Under the pieces are notes generated by a model that saw nothing but the letters and a program-made list of their open reading frames with translations, made no database searches and was not told where the DNA came from. The position numbers were made by a program, and so were the translations under genes. A stretch of DNA of 63,900 nt, filler included, from Choristocarpus tenellus KU-1152 (Eukaryota; Protista; Phaeophyceae), in assembly GCA_964200185.2 (NCBI GenBank). It is 8 parts of 8 records of this genome, joined end to end, with 100 filler letters (N's around TTAATTAATTAA, not from the genome) between each part and the next. Parts side by side here need not be neighbours in the genome. Positions count along the whole stretch, not along the records: positions 45,619 to 49,905 come from CAXNAD020015285.1; positions 50,006 to 55,660 come from CAXNAD020010118.1; positions 55,761 to 60,902 come from CAXNAD020011736.1; 5 more parts are not named here. One strand, given 5' to 3'. Shown here piece by piece: positions 47,644-59,698 of the stretch; the stretch's first letter is position 1, and each line of letters opens with the position of its first letter.

Positions 47644-50005
47644 AAAAATAAAATAAATAGTTAATAGCGCTTAGAGTTGAGGCAAGCAAGTAAGTAGGGT
47701 GCTATTAATGTTTGGTATGATAGGTAGGTAGTTTTTTTTTCTTTTCATCCACAAAAGCGTGGTCACACTATAGCAGCTGCTGCAATAGCGACATGTTGTA
47801 ATGCGTCTGCAGGCACACCTCACCACCCGGTCAAAGGTCCACCACATTGGGCTGTTGCAGAACATCCCAAATATATATTCCAAGGAAGTGATTTGAGGCT
47901 AGGCATTTACAGTATGACTTCTAAGCAATTTCAAAACATCTTTTTTTCCCAACATCCTGTTGCAGTAGTTCTCACCGCCTGTCCCTCCAGAGCAAGTGTG
48001 TGATACAGTGCGCTCCAAAGAGGACTGCATACATAAACTAGGAGTAAATGCATGGAGGAAGACTACAGGACTAAATGCACTCGGAGTGTACGTATGGGAC
48101 AGGATATCATGCTTGTTGGGCGCCAACTCCTAAATGGTTGTTCGTTTGCCTGTCACCATGCAAATTTCTTCATTTCCCTACCCCTGCCCCTAAAGTTCTG
48201 GCGGGCTCAGTACTAGGCAGTGATTCAGCCTTCTGGGACACGATATATGGAATGAAAATACCTGATGTTTCAGTACTTTTTTTCCAGGGTACTCCTCCGT
48301 AGTGTATAGGTTGGTAAGTCCCACATGAAGGTGTTGTCACCCTACCCCATGCCAGACACATTGCAACAAAGCTTCACTGCCCCTTCTTCACAAATTAAAG
48401 ATGCAACTCCCTGTTTCTTCTTGGCACAATAAAAATGCCCGTCACAACCTTCTGGAATCGCCTTCATTTCCTCTCTAAGTCATCACCCAGGTATTGAGAA
48501 ACTTTTGTACATGCTAGTACAGAATTCACAGATCACTGCCTAGGGTTGATAATAGATGGGACAGTGGGGATGTTAGGCAGGTGAGAATCTGCTCTCAGCA
48601 TGAGTTGTACCTTTCTCGAGTAATTAGTTTTTGTGCCCAGTGGTGTGAATCACGGTGGTTGGAGGTCAAACAAGAGTTGCCCAATGAATTGCAATATACG
48701 CATTGCGCTCAACTAGTAACCAACCTACCCCAATGAAAGAGGCTTCTCAATTTCATGGAAATAACAATATAGTCAGGAGAAGTACATACTATCATTTTTT
48801 CAACTATTTTGGGAAACAATGTTTGTGGCACCCATGGTGTGCGGAACTAATATATCACGATATCAGCATACGATACGCAACTGCAGGATGCATGTACCAC
48901 CTTTGTCCTTAGTGAATCAGAAAACGTAGCTTGAGATCTAAGATGAGTGTTGGTTTAAGTTGTCAGTGTTAATATGCATTTACAACCACAGCCAAGAATG
49001 ATAATGGAATATCGAAGCCATGTGTTACTGGCATTATACAGTACCCCTACCTGCACTCCTTCATTCATTCCCACTTACCGACTTCCTAGGGACCGTTTGT
49101 TAGCAGTGGCACGTCAGGTCAGATGTAGTAATATATGGTTGAGTGAATTCACACAGTGCAAAACACCAATATCCTAGGATGTTTGCGCAAAATGTTATTC
49201 ACTATAATAAAAGTCTTACGTGTCATTATATGTCAACATGGTAGTTCTAATACTATATAAGGGGGTGATACATGAGACTTTTTCGATAGCCAGTTTTATT
49301 TTGCGCAAACACCCTACTTACATCCATTAAATTTAGTTTAATAGAGAGCAAGCAATCCTCCACTTTCTATTTCAAGACCAAAAAAAATCATGCCAACACA
49401 TTGTTTAGTATTCAATATATCTATGTTCATCAAGTTAGTGTGTTCCTTTGCTTTATGCCTGAGAACGTAGAGTTGAGCCACGGTCTGCCTACCTGTGTTG
49501 GGGATGTTGCAGAAAGAAATCACCCTATTGGCTGAAATGCAATATACAGGATACCCATTTGGCGTGAATATAGCGGTACTTTTCATAAATGTCGCCCACC
49601 CCCTCAATCTTGCTGGTATGTTATGATTTGCACAGCAACGAGTATATAATCTTGGCACGCACAACATGTAAGACAAATCATTGGTCATGTCAGAGTGGGA
49701 ATTCTTGGTAAAATCAGAAGCAGCCATCACTCCTGCTAGAAGTATTCGAGTACTACCTCAAATAAAATAGCCAGACACTCCCAACAATCTTTGAGGTGTT
49801 TTAAGTGCTCTTATTTTGTACTCGAGAGTTTGTTTTAACAGCGGATCATGATAATGCCGGATGGATCATTTCATGGAGGATGGGTTTGACCGAAATGGTG
49901 CGTGGNNNNNNNNNNNNNNNNNNNNNNNNNNNNNNNNNNNNNNNNNNNNTTAATTAATTAANNNNNNNNNNNNNNNNNNNNNNNNNNNNNNNNNNNNNNN
50001 NNNNN

Positions 50006-50093
50006 GTATGCAACCAAATCACCAAAAAATCGCGACATGAAAAAATTGACCCCCAAATGGACAGCCGCCACCCCCTCCTAGATAATTTGAGCC
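50006..50093 (+). mobile_element. MITE family A, right half at a contig start
   Basis: GTATGCAACCAAATCACC...CCAAATGGACAGCC...TAGATAATTTGAGCC. Confidence 0.85.
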
Positions 50094-51491
50094 TCGATTG
50101 GTCGACTTTTATCGGTGATCGGAGTACGTGCTAGACTGCCAGAAATCTCGACTATTCTCTCCATGGACCCTGTAGGATAATACAAAACCGCAGGAGGGGA
50201 GTGTGAAGAATGAGAGGATTTACGGATGCCCTATTGATTTTGTTTCTTCAGAGTTAGTATAGACAAGGCATACACATGGTATGATATCTAAAGGCTTGTT
50301 GCCTAGGTTGGGAAACACTGAAGATACCGTAAAACCTAGGACACAACTTAGCAATAATTCAAGGTTAGCAAACCATCACTTGCCATAAGCAGGACATGTA
50401 ACCACTCTTGCATCTGCTGTAACCTGATCCTCACGATCCTTCTTGGAGGTGGGTAATATGTTTCTCAAGCTAAAATGTGTTGTTCCACTCTTTCATGTTG
50501 TTGGCACATATCATCTTTGAAAGATCACTCAAAATCCCCTCATGTGCTGCATGATTCATCTTACTGCATAATAACTCCTATGTATGTGAATAACGAACGT
50601 CTGTGTTGAACATGAGTGTTGATACTGCTGCTAACATTCCATTAATATCACTTAGATACACTCAGTCCCACCCCACACTCTGCAAGGTCCCAATCCAGGA
50701 GATTCCAGCAGGGGCTCTAAATTTACATGGAGCGGGTAGCAGACCTTTGTGGTTTTATTCAATTTACACCTCAACTTGAAGTGTTGTCCATGCCTATATC
50801 CAAGCAGTAGTCTTACCCAACTTGTGAGTCAATAAGATATTAATATACAGCAGCAACATGTCAGCTTTTGAGGCAGTGCTAGGTTAGGACAAAAGAGAGT
50901 CCTTGTTTAAAGACAGTGACGCATGTATTCTAGCAACTGACGAGATTCTACTAATTATCACCTCTTCCCCCCCAACACCTGTTAATTAGACTTGAGAATC
51001 CATCAAAGACTAATACTTCACATCATGTTTCAATTTCAGTGATCACAACCAAGTTCGTAGCACCTGTGTATACAGCAAAAAAGATACACCTTCACGCCGG
51101 CGCAGAATTTGTTATTCCGGTTTGTTCCCAGACTCTTTGAGGAACGATTACCGATCCTGCTGTGAAAATTATCATCAAAAATGGCACAGACCTTCAGCAA
51201 GTGGAAGACATATATCCCCACTGGCAACAGCTTTGTAGTAGGTAGTATCTCCCCTGTCACATACACATACCCTCTCAGATACTACCACAAGTGCGCAGTT
51301 GCAGCGACAAACTCTAACCCTGACGAACTTAAAAAAATTGGGACGATCTGAAGATGTTTTCAAGTATCGCATTTGCAACTGCACAACAACTGGCATTAAT
51401 CGTGGAGAAGGAATGCCTAGATATTGTGGCTTAAGTCCAGCCCAGTCTTCTCGTGATCTGAAGAGGTATTAGGCTGTTGTACCACATCTGT

Positions 51492-51672
51492 GACCCAAAG
51501 TATCTGGGGGGAGGGAGGGGGTCTACACTAGGGTGTCTGTCTGGGCCATAGCCAGGAAGAATGCACTTACATTATCCATCCGACCCATGCAACCAAATCA
51601 CCCAAAAATTGCGACATGGAAACAACTGGCCCCATATGGACAGCTGTCGCCACCACCCAGATACTTTGAGCC
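51492..51672 (+). mobile_element. MITE family A, full copy
   Basis: Both TIRs present, TSD TGT. Confidence 0.9.
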
Positions 51673-52023
51673 TGTTTGCTTTTCCTACAACCAGGTACTA
51701 AACCGCTTAGTAGACTTCTGTATCACATGTGACCCCACCTGTCAATTAGTGGAACATTACAGAAAGCAGAGTAAGCAAAACCTGCTAAGGCCTTGTTCAT
51801 CTCCTGTTATTATTGTTGCGAATCTGATTATTAGTTCCCCTCTTTTGTATTGATTGCAGAGGGACTACTAATGATAATTGGATATGTTCTTCATGGTCTT
51901 TCTGATCCATGGAGGAAGGATATCTACCTATATTGAGGGGTTTAAAATATTCATCTTGTGTAGGTATCTAATCATTCTGTTGGCAAGTACCAATATCTGA
52001 GGAAATGTAAGTTCAGAGGTTAC

Positions 52024-52137
52024 TGCACAAAATGCATAATGGATCTTCCAACGCTCGATGTCTGAATCAATTTCTACAATCAGTCCTAGCTCTGGGTTAT
52101 TAGTATACTTTGAAGATATTGTTTTGGTCTCTCCAAC
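52024..52137 (-). CDS. Isolated candidate exon of an unidentified gene
   Basis: A pyrimidine-rich CAG acceptor and a GTAACC donor flank an open frame VGETKTISSKYTNNPELGLIVEIDSDIERWKIHYAFCA. No neighbouring exons could be linked. Confidence 0.3.
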
Positions 52138-52314
52138 CTGTACAAACCACAAACAGCTAACTACGACAAAAATCAACCTTGCACACCAGAGGGGTTACAA
52201 TAAAGCCACCGAAAGCTCAATTTGGTTCTAAGCAAATCTGTTACAAAAAGGTCCGTAAGGTTACCATGGTGGGATATGCAGCTTCAACCCATAAGAATCC
52301 ATGGGGACCATGAA

Positions 52315-52380
52315 GGGCCAAAGTATCTGGGGGTTGGGAGGGATCTGCATGAGGGTGTCCATTTGGGCCCTGACCACCAG
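52315..52380 (+). mobile_element. MITE family A, truncated left end
   Basis: GGGCCAAAGTATCTGGGGG...GGGTGTCCATTTGGGCCCTGACCA. Confidence 0.8.
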
Positions 52381-53399
52381 GTGTTACAAAAATGTTCCAC
52401 TGAGTGTCTTCAGTTGCGGAGGGTTGGTTCTTTTTCGATGAAGTGTGACATTTTCCGTACTCAGGATGTGTCCTTAGTGCTTGGATCTGTGTGGACTGTG
52501 TTTCGATCCCTCCCATCCCAGCCATGGTTCCTGTTACCATTAAGTTAAAAAAGTCACTGCACCTTGGTAAACTAAGATCTACGAATATTTGTGAACTGGG
52601 CTAATGAACCTACAACACATAAAGATATAAAGTAAGACTATCTAAAATAACAAATAAGTACCATTAATCTAAATTTTATGGAACTGAATAGTCTTATTAT
52701 GTAGGATTTTACAGAAGATTCAATAATAAACTTTTCTAAAGTTCATCAATGATTTTTTTATTTTGTAAAGTTATTAATCAATAATGTCTCTAATTTTGTT
52801 GGAGTAATGATGTGAAGGAAGTCGCCCTTCAGGTAAATTCAGGAGTCGACGATTGTTGCTGTGGCGATGAGGTATAGAATAGGGTTTACTTTTTGCCTTG
52901 AGTTTTGGACCGTGCTATTAAGTACGGGAGGGTGTATTCCATCGGTGTCAGTTTGGCTATCTGACTGACTGTCAACGATCTTAGTACCTGACCAACACAA
53001 GGGTGTGAAGGAGAATACTTTGTGTTGTATAGAATGGGACAAGATCGTGAATGAATTATTTGCAATTAATTTACCGTTGGTATTGGGGAAGAGATTTTGT
53101 TGCTTAGGGATAGCGCCATTTTACATGCACGTCTTGGGTTAAGTTATGTGGGAGAGACGCATCGGTGTCTTAGTGTGTCCGTACAGGATCGAAGGGGTGC
53201 TGCATGAAATGGACCACACGTGAACAAGACATGAAAAAATCATTGCATCGTAATGTTTATTCAATTATGATAGAAGGTAACCTACTCCTGTGAAGCTCGC
53301 ACAAGGCTTCATGATGCACAGGTCGTCGAGTATGTTGGATCTCTCACTTCGATTATTCACTTCGTAAGTATCATGAAGATATAAAAGGAGCTGCGAACG

Positions 53400-54330
53400 A
53401 CGTATAGTCTCAATGCCCATCATCATAATAACCAAATATTTAATAAATAGTCAAAAAGTACAAATACACAAAATCTAGGACTTAAAGATCATGATGCCGT
53501 TTATGAAACCGGCATCAAGACATACATCCTGTAACGAATCCGTTATTTGGGACAACATGATGTCACCCCGCAAGAATAGCTATATCACAAGCTCATATTC
53601 ACGCTATTTTGGAAATGAATCTCTCCCAAAGGGCGAAAGGCTTACAACCATTCTTATATTCCATTTTTTTCCCCCAGAAAATACATTCCTCGCCTCGTAA
53701 CTGGTACAGAACCGTTAGTAGAATTGATTCGCCATACGCAAAAGTAGTGTACAAAAAAAGATCATACCACCTATGAGACCCCAAACTATGATAAAATTGA
53801 TAGTACATGTAAGTGGAACTGACCACAACAAACTGTTTTTGACAGTGCAAAGACGTTTAACAGTGGCTCCAGCACTACACTTTCTGGTGATTTTTCAAAG
53901 GAATTTTTCATACATACATGTAGATGTCAGTAATGTTGGGAAAGGGCCATTCTTGACCCTCGAAAATGAAGATAGGGATTTTGAAACTATTATTGCATAC
54001 CATAGTGCGTTGCTTCCCCCTTCACGTGTGAAACATTCTGCCATGCGAAAAGAGTGCCTTGCAGCTATTATTACAATTCAACACTGACTGGAGACCATAC
54101 AAAATGATAAACAAGTCACAAATGTCAATGGCCATTCAGCCCCCTGGTGACTGTACACTATGAAACAAACGTCCATTTTCTTTACTACATAGGTTTAGCT
54201 CTTTAAAGTTTTGATTCTATTATCGTCTATAACCCTGGTTGATAATATTACATCCCAGATATATGTTGTCACGTTCTCAACTGTAAGAATTAGGCATATT
54301 TTAATCTGAACCAGCAACCTCGATCCTGAT
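53400..54330 (+). mobile_element. Highly decayed Ty3/Gypsy RT-RNase H remnant
   Basis: ORF 53773-54087 reads LTVAPALHF...HVDVSNVGKG..LT.E...IIAYHS.LL......S...KECLAAI..IQH, followed by GHSA. This matches the Ty3 RNase H pattern LTSAP.L...DAS..G.GAVL...IAY.S...E.E.LA...TDH.AL. Confidence 0.75.
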
Positions 54331-54694
54331 ATTTCGAACTATGGGAGAGCAGAAACCACAAACGCAACTTCTCAAGTAAATAAGGTATATCCTGCCTATA
54401 GGGATTGTCTATGGACCACTTGGGTGAAATTACTAAGATGACAAAAATGACTGTGAGCTTTTGTTAGTTCCATCGATGTTTTTCTGGTAGTGAATACAGA
54501 CGTTCTAGACAAAGCTCGATATGATCAATTTGAGGTATATTTCAAATATTTGGCAAACCCTGATAATTCATCACTACTACTACCCAATAAGGATATAGTC
54601 TACACCGTGCCATACTTTTTCACGCAAGAAGAGAAGGTGAAATCTTATTACATCGATCTTATCAATTCAGTCATCTCCGCAGCAAGAATAAAGT

Positions 54695-54952
54695 GAATAA
54701 AAGTAATTTAGAGGGTAGAGCCGCGCCCATTTGGGGGCCAAAATCCAATGTTGCGATTTTGATGTAATTTTGGTTATATCGTGTTTGTTAGGAGGTGTCA
54801 ATATCCTTGTTCCGGACACACCTTTTCATAACGTATATATTTCACCTACTCTGAAATGGTGTAGGTATAAAATGTCATAAAATACTCGTGGGAAGCCAAG
54901 CCCCAAACGGACAAACAAGGCAAAACTTATACTCTCTAAGATACTTTCACTC
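54695..54952 (-). mobile_element. MITE family B, full copy
   Basis: Internal sequence closely matches the 19019 copy; the TIR at 54952 is intact. Confidence 0.88.
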
Positions 54953-55582
54953 AAAGGTAGACGTCAGTATCAAATAATAGCCCCAACTGAAGTCTAGGGT
55001 TTAATTTTAAATGCCCTACATGCACATGAGGTTGGTGACCATCTTGCTTTCAAGCACACACTTGAACTCGTTCGAGACAGATTTTGTTGTCCGACCTCGC
55101 ATAAAGATGTTTGGAATTGGTGCAAAAGTTGTCAGTCGTGTCAGAGACAGGAGACCTCCCAAATTCCTACTTTATTACCTACAGAATATATGCTTGTTTC
55201 ACGTCCGTGTCAACGGCTCGCTATTTGACCTTGTCAAATATAAGGCCGTTTCAGATAGCGCAAGCTATGTGTTAGCCACCGTTGACTATTGAAAACGAGT
55301 CGCAATTTTGGTCGGCATTGCAAATAAGCAAAATCTTAGCTAGAATACAAGGTAGGTCTCCTCACCACTGTCGGATGTGCATGTACACCTCCTCATCCAG
55401 GTCAGATTAGACAAAAGCCTGCTCTACATCCTAGTGCAACATTCTCAGGCCAAACTCACATGCCATACTGACCACCACCCTAAATGTGAGGCGAAAGGTG
55501 TAGAGGCAGAGGTCTCGAATTAATCAAGGCCATACTCCTTTCCAATACCCTCAGCAGATACCCTAGCCTTACATCCATTGAA

Positions 55583-55660
55583 GGCTCAAAGTATCTGGGA
55601 GGGGGTGGCAGCTGTCCATTTGGGGCCAATTTTTGTATCTTGCGATTTTTTGGTGATTTG
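55583..55660 (-). mobile_element. MITE family A, partial at a contig end
   Basis: GGCTCAAAGTATCTGGGAGGGGGTGGCAGCTGTCCATTTGG runs into the spacer. Confidence 0.85.
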
Positions 55661-57608
55661 NNNNNNNNNNNNNNNNNNNNNNNNNNNNNNNNNNNNNNNN
55701 NNNNTTAATTAATTAANNNNNNNNNNNNNNNNNNNNNNNNNNNNNNNNNNNNNNNNNNNNCCTTATCTTCTTATTCTTCAGAATACAAATGCCGTCTCTT
55801 CATTCTTAGATTGTTTCTTCTACAGAATCTTCTTTCACACATGAATAAAAAGCATATTCTTAACATTGGGGTTGGGCAAAAGTTAAGGGGGGCGACTCCT
55901 GAGCATGTGGTGACAACTAGTGAATTACAATTGTACACTATTGAGCACTCCATACAAACTAAAGTAGTAGCAGCAGTATCCACCTCCAGGTCAAAGAATA
56001 TAGGACATACAGTTTTCCATCCATGCCACACTAATGCTTGGCCCACGACTCCACTGTCCGTAAAGCCCCTCCCTAATTCTAATCACTCATCTTTTTTTAT
56101 AATATGAAATGGTGCTAGCGGAGGAATCTCACACAAAATTTGCAGAAAAAAAAACAAGGTCTTGCTCACAACGCCAACAAAATTTCCAGAATGCAAATTT
56201 TCTTTTTTCGAAAGTCAAACGTTGCAAGTTGCGTTTTTGAAATCATTATTAACAGTGTTATAACGTTCTTAAATCCTCCTATTTATTTTAAACTATCCCA
56301 GGAACGATGACCGCACCAATCACTGTCGGTGGGAACAATATGCCACACTACGTTTGCATTTTTATGGAATTCCACTCGAGGAGTTCCTCCCTCAGCAACA
56401 AGCTTGCTTCATCGATAAGAACGGACTTGGGCTATGTATTGCTGTAAGTACTCTCAAATACGACGATTGACTGGGTGGAAATTTGGGTGTTGAGTGATAC
56501 AACATGAAGAAATCATCTTCACTGAATTGTCAAGCTGGTCCAAAACAACATTGAAACTTGGCTGGGCGTTTCCTCAAAAGTGGAAGCAAAGCATTCGGCA
56601 TGACCCGGGTGTTCCTAATCTTGACACACGATAGAATGCCAAAAATCGAATACGTAGTAGAGCACAATCCAAACAAAGTATGCTGTTATGGACTGACCAG
56701 GAAGAGGATGCCAACAATTCTGTCTTCAAACTCGTGGGAAAGTTGACAGTTATAAGGATAAGGAAGGCGTGCCATAGTCCTATTACTTTTGCTGGCATTG
56801 AAGAAACAAAGGAAAAGTCCACTACTCTCATACTAGGCAATGATTGGTACCAGTTAGGTTGACTGTCCAGAAACTGCGTCATTTGCAGAAGCATGTTTAA
56901 TGAATACTGGTGCCATGCTTGATTGGAAATTGGGAAATGCTCTAACCAACAGAAAAAGGTGGTTAAGGGCAGTAATTACCTGGTACTTTTAATGCTGTTG
57001 AATAAAAACAATAGATATCGCGGAGACATGGCGGTGTATTGCTGAGTAGTCAGCTCAGCAGGGATTGTTACGGGAAAGGGAGGAATGACAATGGTTGCTT
57101 ACGGTGAAGACCCAATTGCAAAAAGAGGATGACGAAAGGTGCAGAAGACGACACGCATCCCCTATATACTCGGCGCTTTGTATGACAATGTAAAGAAACT
57201 GTGAAGGGGTGAAGAAACGGTGGACATTATGTAGGGATCACAAAGGCAAGACGAGGGCAATTCTGAAGAGATGAAAAGACCAGGAGGGCTAACTTGCCAT
57301 ACCCTAGGCTTTGATAGTAATAATAGTTGTGGTTAAACTACATCTGTGCTTGTAGCCGTGGGATAAGTTAAAGCAGTTTACTTGATCATGCCAGTTAATC
57401 TCTTGACATAGTTATACTAACAAGCTGTAGACCTTACAAAAAGCGAAAGTAACAAGTACATCAATGCTACGGCAAACACAAGTCGAAACTTCCTATGGAA
57501 CCACACCCACCAGAAAATAAACCCTCCTTTGCTAGATGAAGTAGGCTTCCCTTTCCCCACATCATACTCAGAAGGAGTGACCAAGACCTATCCCCCCGTA
57601 CCCACCCC

Positions 57609-57923
57609 TCAAGGTGCTCCTCGCACTCGGAGCGATTTTCCACGGTGATGAAACCCGTCAAACCCCTGTGTAGACTCTGCGCTATCCAACGATTTCCCTC
57701 CTCCTGCCGCCCCCTTGATTGGAAGGAAGCTTCCAGCGCTCCACAATACACCCACTACGCACACAAAGAAGCCAACCAACGCTTCAAGACAAGCGTCCAT
57801 TGGTGCGGAGTCCCGACCAACCTCCTCTCCGACCCTGAACTGCTTGAAGTGTTCTACAGAGTATCCTGCGTGCATGAGAATCAGCAAGCCCCCGCAAGCT
57901 AAGACTGTCCCCAGGTGAACCAT
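57609..57923 (-). CDS. EMC5: ER membrane complex subunit 5 / membrane magnesium transporter (intronless, 104 aa)
   Basis: Two hydrophobic helices with the family motifs GLLILMHAGYS...P.D..LE and a C-terminal F..FHHRG. Confidence 0.88.
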   Translation of the reverse strand: MVHLGTVLACGGLLILMHAGYSVEHFKQFRVGEEVGRDSAPMDACLEALVGFFVCVVGVLWSAGSFLPIKGAAGGGKSLDSAESTQGFDGFHHRGKSLRVRGAP

Positions 57924-58393
57924 GACTAACGAAGTAAAAAAGTTCGAGTGGGATTCTCCTTCTGTTCTTGTTGCGTAGTGATCCCTCTTATGCTCTCGTC
58001 ACGCTTGCCCAGTATTATTATCCTGCTTGAAAAAATGGACCCCACAACTTCAAATTCCCAGAGGACTTCGCCAGGCAGGAAGGTCGTTCCTTCGTCCCTT
58101 TGTCTTTTGTCACCCCACCACTTCTTGCGTCAATCGTTGAGGTGGATTTTTACAAGGTTTCCACACTTCCAACCTGTGAAGTGGAAGGCATTCTCCTCAT
58201 GTCTCGGTTACCGGCTTCCAATCAATCCCTCATCCATACCAAAACATGATCGACAAGGTTGCAAAGGTACACACGTAAGACTATGCTTACCAAACCTTAA
58301 ATCTCAAGTAGTGGTGATCATCGAACGCTCGCTTGGATATCTCAGCTTGCTCTCCCCTTGGAAAGTAGCCGTTTAGGGTACGGCTGGCCCAAT
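57924..58393. promoter_or_regulatory. Putative bidirectional promoter (EMC5 / EF-hand-Tic20)
   Basis: 470 bp between divergent ATGs, free of the repeats above and rich in CpG. Confidence 0.6.
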
Positions 58394-59698
58394 ATGGCCA
58401 GTTTCAGTCATACACACTTTAAGGAGAAACTCATTTGCTTTCTTGCAGTATGGAGCATCGCGAACGGTTTTTCTTGCACTCCCAGGGCCGTGATATCCGG
58501 AGATGTTGTAGCTAGCTATAGGGCCGGTGCTCTCTCCAGCCTCTCACCCATCTCCCGACAAAGGTCTGGGTATTTTGCGCCATCCAGGTTGCTCATGACA
58601 TTGGCCGAGGATGAGGAAACTGAGACCGCTGAGACGAAGGCGGCAAAGCTCCGGGCAATGGCTGCTGAACTACGCAGCCAGGCTATGGATCTGGAGGCTA
58701 AGTATGCGTTGGAGAAAAAGGAGGCCGCGGAAAAGAGCTTCATAGCTTTCGACACGAACGATGATGGGATGGTGGACCTCCAGGAGCTTAGGGAAGGACT
58801 TGAGGGACAGCTCCGCCGCGACTTCGTAAAAAGGTTGACCAAACGACTTGACCGAAAACCTTCACCCGAGGAGATCGAGGAAAAAATCTCCGAGATGCCA
58901 GGGGGCTCCCTCTTTCCTGAGGAAGTTGGGAAGATGCTCCTGGAGATCTATGATAAGAACGGAGACGGGGTCTTGCAACGAGACGAGTTTGTTCCAGCGG
59001 ACGAGATGCGTCAGAGGCTAGATGTAATCTTTGCCGAACGTGCGCAAGCTGAACGTGATGCCGCAGCGGCCATTCGAGAAAAGGAAATTGAAGCCAGGGG
59101 GGAAAAGAAGCAGAAACAGGCATCGAGGAGGATGGGTCTTCCACTTCCAGAGGACTTCAACAACGCCCCGCCGACTGCGGCAGACAGAGCCCTTTCCACC
59201 CTTCCATACCTTCTGCCACTGCTTGACAGTGTTGCCTACGGAGGGCACCTATTTCAGACCTACCCGGAACAGCTCTGGTTCGCAGCGCCTTTGGTAGGCC
59301 TTTTCGCGCTTTACCGGTCTGTTCCCTTAGCTGGCCTGGTGTTCTTCTTTGGCGCACAGTTCCTCTCAACGAGACCCTCCGTGAACAAACTTGTGCGTTT
59401 CAACCTCCGCCAAGCAGTGAACCTTGATGTCGCTCTCTTCTTCCCCTCCTTCCTGGGGTTGATCATTTCAGGTATCGCCGGGGACGATATCGGTAAGTTG
59501 GCCCCTATTGCGAATGCGTGCTCAGACGTCGTCTTTGTGACTATACTTCTGTCGGTGGCCTACTCTATTATTTCTTCAGCATTCGGCGTTTTACCTGTCA
59601 AGCTTCCAATCCTAGGACCAATGAACCGGGAGAACCCAGATAGGAAGGATGGGTACTGGGGCACAGAAGATGACGATAACGACAAGAAGAATGACTAG
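58394..59698 (+). CDS. Plastid-targeted protein with two EF-hands fused to a Tic20-like membrane domain (intronless, 434 aa from ATG 58394)
   Basis: Signal peptide-like segment ending IANG|F, then an S/R-rich transit peptide. EF loops DTNDDGMVDLQE (58751-58786) and DKNGDGVLQRDE (58952-58987). The C-terminal multi-TM region has RALSTLPYLLPLLD...YG and VRFNLRQAV.LD, typical of Tic20/Ycf60. Confidence 0.85.
   Translation: MASFSHTHFKEKLICFLAVWSIANGFSCTPRAVISGDVVASYRAGALSSLSPISRQRSGYFAPSRLLMTLAEDEETETAETKAAKLRAMAAELRSQAMDLEAKYALEKKEAAEKSFIAFDTNDDGMVDLQELREGLEGQLRRDFVKRLTKRLDRKPSPEEIEEKISEMPGGSLFPEEVGKMLLEIYDKNGDGVLQRDEFVPADEMRQRLDVIFAERAQAERDAAAAIREKEIEARGEKKQKQASRRMGLPLPEDFNNAPPTAADRALSTLPYLLPLLDSVAYGGHLFQTYPEQLWFAAPLVGLFALYRSVPLAGLVFFFGAQFLSTRPSVNKLVRFNLRQAVNLDVALFFPSFLGLIISGIAGDDIGKLAPIANACSDVVFVTILLSVAYSIISSAFGVLPVKLPILGPMNRENPDRKDGYWGTEDDDNDKKND

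Noticed and set aside
56300-56870. Possible exons or ORF upstream of the EMC5 3' end
   Set aside because: Splice-like sites exist, but no consistent frame or recognisable motif could be assembled.
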